From: an uncultured Gemmataceae bacterium
GTDB lineage: Bacteria; Planctomycetota; Planctomycetia; Gemmatales; Gemmataceae
Assembly (NCBI GenBank): GCA_963750165.1
Contig: CAVVPN010000003.1
Coordinates: 1,056,001-1,120,000 of the forward strand
DNA: 64,000 nt
Direction: 5' to 3'
How positions within the stretch are numbered: the first letter of the stretch is position 1; every line of letters starts with the position of its first letter. The translations under genes were made by a program, and so were the position numbers. The notes below the pieces were generated by a model that saw only the letters and a list, made by a program, of their open reading frames with translations, was not told the DNA's origin and did no database searches. Below, one piece after another: positions 1 through 9,690 of the stretch.

Positions 1-2
1 AA

Positions 3-2356
3 ACCGTCGTGGGCGGGACCACGACCACCATCGGTCTCGTGCAATCGAAATACTACCTGAGCAACCAGTGGGTGCGGGCCACGTTCAACCTCCTGGGCAG
101 CACCCTGCGGGCACAGATTGTCCGCCTCGACACCAATCAGTACCTGGCCGCCGACGGCAGCTGGCAGGCGGCGCCCACCTGGGCGCTGACGGTCAACGAC
201 ACGACGCTCACCGGCAACTACGTGGGCCTGGCCCGGCCCGGCAGCTACGCCGGCTCCTGGTACGCGGACGACTTCCAGGTGTACACCGCTGCCGGCGACG
301 AGGTGCCGCCCAGCATCACGCTGTCGCCGCCGGCGGCCCCGCTGACCGGCGTCGTTCCGCTGACCGCGACCGTCACCGACAACAGTGGCGTGACGCGCGT
401 GGAGTTCTACGTCGATGGCGGCCTGCGCGCCACCGACACCGCCGCCCCGTACACCTTCCCCTTCGACTCCAGCACCGCCGTCAACGGCACCCACACCCTG
501 ACCGTGAAGGCGTACGACGTGGCCGGCAACATCGGCACCCTCAACCTGACCGTGCAGACGCTCAACGCCAACTCGCTGGAGGTTCCGGCCATCTCGTCCA
601 ACTTCAGCCACATCCAGGTGGCCCAGTTGATCTACTCGCCGAGCCAGCTGGACGCGGCCGGCACCAGCATCTTGCAGAACGACACGGACCTGGTCGTCAC
701 CGACAGCACCGCGCTGAGCCAGCAGGTCCACGCTGTCGCGCCCAACGTCACGCAGCTGCTCTACACCAATGTCTCGACGCTGTACCAGTCCTCGCTGACG
801 AGCTGGCTGACCTACGCGCGGGCCAACGGCATTTCGGAGGAGGGCGCCTTCCTGCACGTGACGACGCCCACGCCGTTCACCGGCAACAGCCCGTCGTCGC
901 AGCCGGTCAGCTGGTTCTGGGGCGTGTATCTGGGCAGCACCCAGCCGACCCAGGGAACCTTCTCGGACCAGACCCTGGCGGCGCACGGCGCCGGCTCGCC
1001 GTTCAGCTTCGGCGCCGCGGGGCAGTCCGTGTACATCGGCTACCTGGAGTTGTTCCGCGAGATCGACCTGACACTGACGCTCGGAGCGGCCTACGGCTGG
1101 TCGGGGCGCTGGAGTATCCCACCGCCGTGGACGCCAACGGCAACCCAACGCAGTGGGCCCGCCTGACGACGCTGACGGACACCACGGGCGGTCTGCTGCA
1201 CTCGGGCCAGATCACCTTCGACCCGCCCGCCAACTGGAAGGCAGCATCGATCAACGGTTCGGCGCCGATGTACTTCGTCCGCATCCGCACCGCGACCTCG
1301 GGCCGGGCGCCGGTGGCGTCCAGCATCCTGGGCAACGACTACCTGAACACAAACGGCACCACTTCCGGCGTGATCCCCGTCTTCGACTACGCGGCGGACA
1401 CGAACCACGACGGCTACCTGGACAACGCCGAGTGGGCCAACCGTGCCCCGGGCGACAACGCCCGCTTCGCCTACCAGAGCCGGTCGTTCTACAGCAACTA
1501 CGGCCAGATGCGCTTCGCCACCAACCCGAGCAACGCCAGCTTCCAGACCTGGATGGTGCAATACATGCAGCAACTGCTGCAAAGTGCGCCGTTCTCGGAC
1601 GGCCTGTTCATCGACAATTCCAACACCCCGCCGCCGCTGCCGGGCAATAACATCCTGGAGTCGCTGGCGAACTACGGCACGGACTACGCCACGCTGCTGA
1701 ACAAGATCGCCGTGGCCCTCGGCCCGACGAAGTTGGTGATGCCCAACACCTACACGCCGGGAGTGATTCAGCAAACGGCCGGCTTTTTTGAGGAAGTGGC
1801 CCTGAAACCGCTGGCCCACACCTACGACCAGTTCGAGTCGGTGGCCGGCAAGATTGCCACCTGGGAGGCGTCGCGGTCGCCGGCGCCGCTGGCGGTGCTG
1901 GACATGGACGCCAGCGGCGGTTCGCCAACCGACCCGCGCACCGAGATGGCGGGGCTGGCGTACTACTACCTGCTGGCCGACCCGCAGAACACGTTCATCG
2001 ACCCCTTCGGCGGCGACGAACCCGGCAGCGATCTGACGCGGCACTGGTTCAACGCCCTGACCTTCAACGTCGGCCAGCCGGTCGGCCCCTGGTCGATGTT
2101 GCTGCAGGGGACGGACCCCAGCAACTCGGCGTTCACGTACCGGGTGTATCAGCGGACGTACACGAACGCACTGGTGCTGTTCAAGCCACTGTCCGAGAAC
2201 AGCAGCGGCGCCGCGGGGACGATCGCGGACAACACAGCCACCACCATTCAGCTGAACGGGAGCTATCGCCTGCTGAACGTGGATGGATCGCTCGGCGGCG
2301 TCATCACCAGTGTGTCGCTGCGCAACGGCGAGGGGGCGATTCTGGTCAAGGCGTGA
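3..2356 (+). CDS. Large secreted protein, 5'-partial: Ig-like domain plus putative glycoside-hydrolase-like (GHL15-type) C-terminal domain; frameshift near 1103
   Basis: ORF 9..1166 has the Ig-like pattern DNSGVTRVEFYVDG...HTLTVKAYDVAGN. It joins the frame of ORF 68..2356 (ALEYPTAVDANG...) if one G is added to the G-run at 1103-1106. The C-terminal part has DGLFIDN, LAYYYL and VYQRTYTNALVLFKP, plus a Ca-binding-like loop DTNHDGYLDNAE. Confidence 0.65.
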   Translation, partial: RRGRDHDHHRSRAIEILPEQPVGAGHVQPPGQHPAGTDCPPRHQSVPGRRRQLAGGAHLGADGQRHDAHRQLRGPGPARQLRRLLVRGRLPGVHRCRRRGAAQHHAVAAGGPADRRRSADRDRHRQQWRDARGVLRRWRPARHRHRRPVHLPLRLQHRRQRHPHPDREGVRRGRQHRHPQPDRADAQRQLAGGSGHLVQLQPHPGGPVDLLAEPAGRGRHQHLAERHGPGRHRQHRAEPAGPRCRAQRHAAALHQCLDAVPVLADELADLRAGQRHFGGGRLPARDDAHAVHRQQPVVAAGQLVLGRVSGQHPADPGNLLGPDPGGARRRLAVQLRRRGAVRVHRLPGVVPRDRPDTDARSGLRLVGALEYPTAVDANGNPTQWARLTTLTDTTGGLLHSGQITFDPPANWKAASINGSAPMYFVRIRTATSGRAPVASSILGNDYLNTNGTTSGVIPVFDYAADTNHDGYLDNAEWANRAPGDNARFAYQSRSFYSNYGQMRFATNPSNASFQTWMVQYMQQLLQSAPFSDGLFIDNSNTPPPLPGNNILESLANYGTDYATLLNKIAVALGPTKLVMPNTYTPGVIQQTAGFFEEVALKPLAHTYDQFESVAGKIATWEASRSPAPLAVLDMDASGGSPTDPRTEMAGLAYYYLLADPQNTFIDPFGGDEPGSDLTRHWFNALTFNVGQPVGPWSMLLQGTDPSNSAFTYRVYQRTYTNALVLFKPLSENSSGAAGTIADNTATTIQLNGSYRLLNVDGSLGGVITSVSLRNGEGAILVKA

Positions 2357-2403
2357 GGCCCGGGCAGGGGCACGAACCAAGCACATCAAACGCCGGAGGG
2401 CCG

Positions 2404-3264
2404 ATGTCGGGTAAACCGTTTGACGTGACCTTGAAGGATTTGGTGGAGGACTACCTGACGGCCTGGCCGGCGGTACTCGGGCCGTGGCCGGTTCAGCAGG
2501 TGACGCTGATCGACGCGGACGTTTCGACGGTGACCGCGGCGGCGGATAAGGCGCTGCGAAGGGCCGTCGGCCCCGTGGCTGCTGCACCTGGAGGCGCAGA
2601 CGGACCACGACCTCGGTCTGCCGGGGCGCGGCCACCTGTACGCGACGCTGCTGCATCACCGGCACCAGCTGCCGGTGCGCTCGGCCTTCCTGCTGCTGCG
2701 CCGCGAAGCCAACGCCAGCAACCTGACGGGCACGTACCAGCTGCAGCACCCCGACGACGCGGCGCCGTACCTGGTGTTTCGCTATCACGTGGTCCGGGTC
2801 TGAGAACTGCCGCTGGCGCCGCTGCTGGCCGGACCGGTGGGCACACTGCCGCTGGCGCCGCTGACCGACGCGGCGGCGGTGGACCTGCCGGCGGTGGTGG
2901 AGCGTATCGACGAGCGGTTGCGCCAGGAGCTGGCGCCGGCCGCGGCCGAAAAGTTGCGCGCCGCCATGTTCATGCTCATGGGCTTGCGTTATTCTGAGGA
3001 AGAGACGCAGCCGCTTTACGAGAGGTTGATGGCCATGATTGATCTGAGCAAATCTTCGACGTTTCAAATGGTGCTGGCAGAGGGCGCCCTGACCAACGAG
3101 AAGCGAGTGCTTTTGCTCCAGGGCGCAAGCGCTTCGGCGAACCGGACGCGGCTACCGTCGCGGCCATCCAGGCAATTACTCGTATTGAGGAATTGGACCC
3201 CTTGATGGAGCGCGTGCTGGAGGTCGGCAGCTGGCAGGAGTTGTTGACGCCAGCCTCGACTTGA
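2404..3264 (+). pseudogene. Rpn/putative-transposase-like (PD-(D/E)XK) protein with DUF4351-like C-terminus, disrupted
   Basis: Reads MSGKPFDVTLKDLVE...DADVSTVTAAADKAL, then PWLLHLEAQ, LPLAPL, SSTFQMVL, GRKRFGEPD and LLEVGSWQELL across three frames. Frameshifts lie near 2557 and 3123, and there is an in-frame TGA at 2801 (VRV*ELP). Confidence 0.7.
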
Positions 3265-3333
3265 AGCGCGGCGTCGATCCGGCATCCCATCGCGTCTCCA
3301 ATTTTTGCATCACCCCAGGCCGACGAGTTGCAC

Positions 3334-3690
3334 ATGAACTTGTTTCTCTTGTTGGACCTTCTATACGCTGAGGAACTGACGCAGTCGCAGTACCAGAAAC
3401 TGGCTGCCATGTTACGAAATTCCTCGACGTTTCAACTGATCCTTGCGAAAGGCCGTGCCGAAGCCGCTCTGGCCGGTGAGAAGCGTTTCCTCCTGATTCA
3501 GGGACGCAAGCGCTTCGGCGAACCGGACGCGGCTACCGTCGCGGCCATTGAAGCAATCACTAGCGTCGAAGAATTGGATGCCCTGGCAGAGCGCTTATTG
3601 GAGGTCGGCAGCTGGCAGGAATGGTTAGCACCGCTCGCGCCTGCTGACCCCGTTTACGTTTCGCGTAGGCAGAGTCCGCGCGAAACGTAA
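3334..3690 (+). CDS. Stand-alone DUF4351-like domain duplicating the C-terminus of the upstream Rpn-like gene
   Basis: SSTFQLILAKG...EKRFLLIQGRKRFGEPDAATVAAIEAI...LLEVGSWQEWL; DNA around 3506-3547 is nearly identical to 3126-3167. Confidence 0.6.
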   Translation: MNLFLLLDLLYAEELTQSQYQKLAAMLRNSSTFQLILAKGRAEAALAGEKRFLLIQGRKRFGEPDAATVAAIEAITSVEELDALAERLLEVGSWQEWLAPLAPADPVYVSRRQSPRET

Positions 3691-3694
3691 ACGG
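3650..3694. repeat. Palindromic (REP-like) hairpin between convergent genes
   Basis: ccgtttacgtttcgcg ... cgcgaaacgtaaacgg, 16-bp perfect arms. Confidence 0.7.
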
Positions 3695-3727
3695 CGGCAG
3701 CGGAGCACGAGCGTCAGAAAAATCAAG

Positions 3728-6697
3728 TCACTTCTTCATCGGCAGCGGCACCTGCCCCGGCCCCGCCAGGTAGGCGATCAAGTCGCGCACCTCCGTCTCC
3801 GACATCTGTGCCAGTTGCCCCTCGGGCATCATGGACAGCGTCGTTTTCTTGCGACTCTCGACATCCGTTTTAGCGAGGTTGATGCGTTCGTTCGGCGTCT
3901 GCACGGTCAGGGTCTGTTCACTCTCGCGGGCGATGATGCCGCTGATGACGCGGCCCTCGGTCGTGGTGAGGATGGTCACCTGGAAGTCGCGCGGCACCGC
4001 GAAATTCGGGTCGAGCAACTTGGACAGCAGGTACTCGGGGTTGCTGCGCTGGCCGCCGGTCAGCTCGGGACCGATGCGGCCGCCCTCGCCGAACAGGGCG
4101 TGACAGGCGGCGCAGGTTCGCGTGAAGAGCAGTCGGCCGTGCGACCGATCCGCCTTCGCCAGGTCCGCCGGCGTCACCAGCGCTTTGTACTTCGCCAGCA
4201 ATTTGCCCTTGTCGCCCTTGCCGGACTGGACCGTGCCCCAGACGGCGTTGAGTTGCGTCAGCAGCTGCTTGTCGTTCAGGCTCGCGATCTGCCGGGCGGT
4301 GAACGCCGACACGTCGCGCGCGGCACCTTGTTCTTTTTCAGCGCCTCCAGCAGCGCGCGGGCGTAGGCGGCCCGCGACGCCAGCGTGGTGACCGCGTCCG
4401 CCTTCTCGGCGGCCGTGAGTTTGGGGTACAGGTTGAGGATCAATTGCGGCGTCTTCGGGTCGTTGACGGCGGCCAGGCCGCGCAGCGCCGGGCCGCGCAT
4501 CTTGACATCCGCCAGCAGTTCGCGCAGCAGTTCCGGCAGCCCGGCGCCCGCACCTCGATCAGCGTCCGCAGGGCGGTCTGGCGCGAGCGCTCGTCCTGTT
4601 TGCCGTCGGCGGCGTACTGCCGCAGCGCCGCCAGCGCTTCCTTATCCGCGAACACGCCGGACAGGACGAGCGACAGCTCGCGCACCTCGGCGTTGGCACT
4701 GGCCGTGAGTTTTTTGCGCACCGCCGCCCACCCCGCGGGCGGCTTCAGGTTGCGCCGCCCCTGTAGCGCCGCGTGCATGCCGCGCAGGATGTCGGCCTTC
4801 ACCACCTCCTCATCGGTGCGGTTGAACAACCGCACCAGCAGTTCCAGCGGGTCGCTGGACGCCGCCGCGGTGAGGCGGCGGGCGATGTACTCGCGCGTCA
4901 GTGGGATGCGCGACTTCAGCAATAGACCGCCCGCTCGCTCCGGGTCCGCCGGCACCAGCGGTTCCACGCCGTACCAGATCATCAGCGGCAAATAGGCATC
5001 CGTCGCGTCCTTCTCGTGCCCCATCAGCCCGTTCGCGATCGACCAGCGCTGCGCCAGCGGCAGCCGCTGCAAACCCGACGCCAGGGCCAGGCGCACCGCT
5101 GGTGAACCATCCTTGCGAGCCAGTTCGCCCAACCGTTTCGCCAGCGCCGGCGACGCCTTGCGGTTCTCCAGGGCCAGGCGCACCGTCCAGAGCCGCACCG
5201 TCTCCTCGGGGCTTTCGAGCAACCTGAGCCGTGCTGGTTCATCCAGCGCCCCAATGCTGTGCAGCGCCCACAGCGCCCGCAACTGCCGTGTCACGTCGGT
5301 CTGCTCGGCCAGCATTTTCCGCAGCGCCGGCACCACGTCCTTGCCGAGCTTCCCCGCCGCCGCACGCTCCTGCAAATTGCGCCGCGCCTGCCGCACCCAC
5401 CAGTCGTTCGGGTGCAGTTGCAGTTTGACCAACTCCGCGTCGCTGAGCTTCGCCACGTCCACCGCCTGCCGCTTCGGCGCGCCGAAGGTGATCTTGTAAA
5501 TGCGGCCGTATTTCGAGGTGCGCGTGTAGCTATGGCACTCGCCGGTGTCGCACCAGTCCGCGAGGAAGACGCCGCCGTCCGGGCCGCTCAGCAGCACCAG
5601 GCCGCGGAACCACGGATCGTTGGCAAACAGAAAATCCTTGCCGTGCTTGCCGACGTAGCCGGAACCGTGCCGCTCCAGAATGTCCTGGTTGACGCGGTTG
5701 CCGTGGATGTTGCACATAAAAATGTGGTTGCGATATTCGGCCGGCCAGTTGTCGCCCTGGTAGATCAGCGCTCCGGTGTGGGCGTGACCGCCGCCCGGTT
5801 CGTCATGCACTCCCTTGCCGCCGCGCGAGTCCGTCCAGCTGCCGCCGCCCCAGTGGATGTGGTCGGCGATGCTCTCGATCAGGCCGTAACTGTGCGGGTG
5901 GCGGTCCTGCCCGTACATGCGCACGAAGCGCGCCCCCGGCACCACATGAAACAGGTGCTTGATGACGCAGTTGGTGATGAACATCTCGCCGTAAGCGTCG
6001 AAGTCCAGGCCCCACGGATTCGTGGTGCCGTCCGCCACCACTTCAAAGACCTTTTTGGTCGGATGATAGCGCCAGACGCCGCAGTTGAAGCGCACACGCT
6101 CGGCGTCGGCCGCGCCGGGCCGGCCAACGTTAGAGTTCGACAGGATGCCATTGCAGCCGTACAGCCAGCCGTCCGGGCCCCAGACGAGGGTGTTGAAGAC
6201 GTTGTGGCTGGCGTTGCGGTCCCAGCCGTCGAGCACCACTTGCGGCGGCCCTGCCGGCGCGTCGCTGCCGGGCTTGATCGGAATGAACAGCAGATTCGGC
6301 GTCGCACACAGCCAGACGCCGCCGAAGCCGAGCGTGATGCCGGACAGGTTCTTGCCCTGGTCCCAGAAGACGGTCACCTTGTCGAACTTGCCCGTCCCCT
6401 TCGTGTCCTCGAAGATCAGGACGCGGTCGTGGCCGGGGGCGAATTCCTTCTTCTTCGCCTCCTTGACCCACTCGGGATAGGAGTGCGACTCGACGACCCA
6501 GAGGCGGCCGCGGTCGTCGAGCGTCATGGCGATGGGCAGCACCACGTCCGGCTCGCTGGCGACCAGGCGGACGCGAAAGCCCTCCGGCAGCTTCATGGCG
6601 GCCGCGGCTTTCTCCGGCGGCAGCGGGGCGTTTTGCGCCCGGCCGGCGGTACGAGGGCCAGACTCAACAGAAACAGCAGGAATGTGCGCTTCGCCAT
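3728..6697 (-). CDS. PVC-type heme-binding CxxCH protein (membrane-bound dehydrogenase-like propeller, HEAT repeats, cytochrome c); three frameshifts
   Basis: Signal peptide MAKRTFLLFLLSLALV, then MKLPEGFRVRLVASEPDV, WGPDGWLY, TTNPWGLDFD and GGHAH. C-terminus has CAACH, IGPELTG and SMMPEG. Frames switch near 6640, 4540 and 4320. Confidence 0.9.
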
Positions 6698-6711
6698 GAT
6701 TACGCCCCGAA

Positions 6712-6764
6712 AAACGGCGGGCGGCGTGGCGTCGGGCCGTGCCCGGGAACGCCACGCCGCCCGC
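6712..6764 (-). terminator. Probable intrinsic terminator downstream of the TM2 gene
   Basis: 16-bp stem gcgggcggcgtggcgt/acgccacgccgcccgc followed by a T-run on the minus strand. Confidence 0.5.
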
Positions 6765-6791
6765 GGAAAAAACTCGTCCAACCTGGCGACC

Positions 6792-7019
6792 TCAGTTCGC
6801 CAGCACGCGGCCTTCCGCGTCGGTGAAGTTACCCATCAGGATCGTGATGAAATCAATCAGGTTCCAGATCCCCAGACCGCCACAGGTGAAAATCTGTGCG
6901 ATGGCGCTGCCGGTCTTGCCCACGTAAAACCGATGAGCGCCGACAAACCCGAGGAAAAAGCTCAGCAGCGCGGCCACCATCTTACTTTTGTCGCTGACCT
7001 CTCCCATGTCTTTACCCAT
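6792..7019 (-). CDS. TM2 domain-containing membrane protein
   Basis: KSKMVAALLSFFLGFVGAHRFYVGK...GGLGIWNLIDFITIL is the TM2 signature; RBS aaggag lies upstream. Confidence 0.9.
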   Translation of the reverse strand: MGKDMGEVSDKSKMVAALLSFFLGFVGAHRFYVGKTGSAIAQIFTCGGLGIWNLIDFITILMGNFTDAEGRVLAN

Positions 7020-7303
7020 GATCGCTCCTTGGTGTGGAATGTCGCTGGCGCAGTCGGGAACGTTGCGTCGGTCCGATGCTGGGTTGGTTGGTTGGGCGAC
7101 TGCGCCGCGGCGCCGTTCCACCAACCCGCACACCACCTCCGGGCCGCCACGGGCGACGGTCATTTCACGGAGTTCCCCATTTATACTGGCTGCCGTGGCT
7201 GCTGCAATCTCCAATTCTGTTTTTTTGCCGCCCGGACCGTGCCGGGCGCCCGCGCGGCCTGGCTCCAGTGTGCTGTCGCTGGCGGCCAGGCGGGCCGCCC
7301 GCA

Positions 7304-9690
7304 CTACGGTAGCCCCGCCCACTTGCGGCCGGCCCACTCCAGCGTCAGCAGCCCGACGAACAGCGCCAGCACGACCCACACCAGCGGGGCGTCCTGCCAC
7401 AGCGACTGTTCGCGGCGCTGCTGCCGCGTCTCCACATCGCCGGCCAACCGCTCGATCAGGTCCGCGGCCGTTTCCGGCGTGAACACCGCGCCGCCGCTGG
7501 CGCTGGCCAGTTGCCGCAGCAGTTCCCCGTCCGTGCTCAGGTCGGCCAACTCGCCGCCGTCCGCCGCCAGCACCGTGAAGCCGCCCGCCTTGGCCGCGGC
7601 CGGATCGGTCACCCGGTCCTGCGCGACCGGCACCACCGGCTCCAGGCGGTACGCGCCCGGCGGCAGCGGTCGCAGCGTGGCCTCGAACGCCTGCGGCTGT
7701 TTGCTGTCGCGGCGCAGCTCGATCAGCGTCACGGCCGTTTCCTTGCCGCCGTCCTGCCGATACAGACGCAGACCAACGAAGGCGGCCGGCGGCAGCCGCA
7801 TGCTGTCGTCCAGCAGCCGCAGCAGCACCTTCACCTCCTGATCGGGCCGGTACACCGGGCCCTGGCTGCCGTAGCGGATGAAATCATTGCCGGCCGGCAG
7901 CAATCGCTCCGCCGCCGCCCAGCGCACCAGCTGGCCCCAGAAGCGATGCTGGTACTGCTCTGCCGTCTTGAAGCGCCAGCGCCAGGTGCTGTCCAGGCCC
8001 AGGTACACGACGCGGCCGAAACCGTACTTTTGCTCCACCAGCACGCTTTGCTCCGCGTCCCCGGTGGCCCCGGCCGCATCCTCGACAAGATCGGCGAGGG
8101 CGGTGGCGCCGGGCCGCGGCTTGCCGACGACGGCCCAGAAGTGTTTCGGCAGCTCCGCCCAGCGCTGCGCACTGAGGGCACGGTCGGCGTCCAGTTGCAG
8201 GAAAACCGTCTCCTTGCCGGCCGCAGTCGGTGTGAACGCGAAGCCCTTCTCCGACGTGACGACGCGCGGCTGCTCGACCGGCAACAAGCGCAGCAGCGGT
8301 TCCTCGGCGTCGCGCTCCAGGTATTGCAGCGGCAGCGCCCGCTTGCCGGCGACCAGGACCAGGGTGCCGCCGCGCTCCGCGACGTACCTCTCCAGGCGCC
8401 GCCGCTCCGCGAACGGCAACTGCTCCGGCGTGGCGTCGCCGAGGATGATGCAGTCAAAGTCGAGCAGCGGATCAGTAGCCGTCTTGCCGTTGGGCAGGGC
8501 CGGCAGTGTCAGCGCGGGCAGGCGCGCCGCCTTCAACGCCGGTCCCTCCAGCAGGCCGATGCGCGGCTGCGCGAAGACGACGTGATCGAGCTTCACCGCC
8601 GGGTCGCGGCCCAGGGCGTTGGCCAGATACTGCTGCTCCCAGCCCGCCTCGCCGCCGACCAGCAGCACGCGCGCCTTATCCTCCGTCACGCGCACCGTCA
8701 CCATGCGGCGGTTGTTCGCGCGGGTGATTTCGCGCTGGCCGGGCGCGGTCGTCCGCACCTGCACCTGCAACGGTTGCACTCTCACCTGCGTCAGCTTGAC
8801 CGGGAAATTCACGGAGTAGGTGCGGTCACCGCCATCGTGGCGCAGCCGCTGGACGTGCTCCGGTCCCTCAACCTTGCCGTCTCGCAACAGCTCGACGACC
8901 AGTTCCTGAGCCGGCAAGCCGGTGACACGGACGCGCGCCCGCACCTCGGCGTCGGCGTCCTTGAAGACGTTGGCCGGCGCCTGCACGTCGATCAGCGCCA
9001 CGTCCGGCGGCGGCCGGCGGGTGCCCAGGACGATGGGGAAAATCGGCACGCCGCGGCCGCCGAGGGCCAGCGCTAAATCGCCGGGCGGCTCGCCCCAGGT
9101 GTGCCGGCCGTCCGTCAGCAGGACGACGCCGAGCGCCCGCCGCGACTGCGCCCGGAGCGCTCCAGCGCTCGCGCCAGCGGCGCCCGCAGGTTCGTGACCG
9201 TCCCGGCCGCCGCGGGTCGAAACAACGCATCGACGGCATCCAGGCCCACGTCCCAGCTATCCTTGTCGAAGCCGATCAGGTGGACGTGATGCTTCTCCCG
9301 CAACCGCGACAGCAACTCCTGTTCGCTGAGGATGCGCCGGGCCGCCTCGGTGCGCGTCACGTCCGGGTCGGCGAAGTCCATGCTGGCGGAGCGGTCCACG
9401 GCGACGAGCACGTAACCCGGCAGCTCCTCCGTCGTCGTCTGCACCAGCACTGGTTGCAGCGCCAGCAGGAACCACGCCAGCGCCACCACCTGCAGCCGCA
9501 GCGTCAGCAGGCTGGCGGCGGCCCGGCGGCGCAGCGCACGCAACTCGCGCCGGTACAGTCCGACCATCAGCAACAGCGGCACCAGGCCGGCGAGCGCGAG
9601 CAGGCCCCACTGCCACGGCGCCGCCAGGTCGCCCCAGCGCGGTGTTAGCAGCAGCTGCGAATCGGAACCAGGTACATCAATGTTCCACAT
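7304..9690 (-). CDS. VWA-domain and glutamine-amidotransferase-like membrane protein (DUF58/BatA operon partner); frameshift near 9130
   Basis: N-terminal TM helices, MIDAS DRSASM, VVLLTDG, GFGRVVYLGLDSTWRWR and C-terminal LLTLEWAGRKWAGL. Confidence 0.8.

Noticed and set aside
2404..3690. Active insertion sequence
   Set aside because: No terminal inverted repeats or DDE/HUH motifs were seen, and Rpn-like proteins are not shown to be true transposases.
5259..7841. Long antisense and alternate-frame ORFs (e.g. 5259-7841, 10025-12163, 52154-54637, 37764-39677)
   Set aside because: Shadow ORFs typical of GC-rich DNA; they overlap well-supported genes and have no recognisable motifs.
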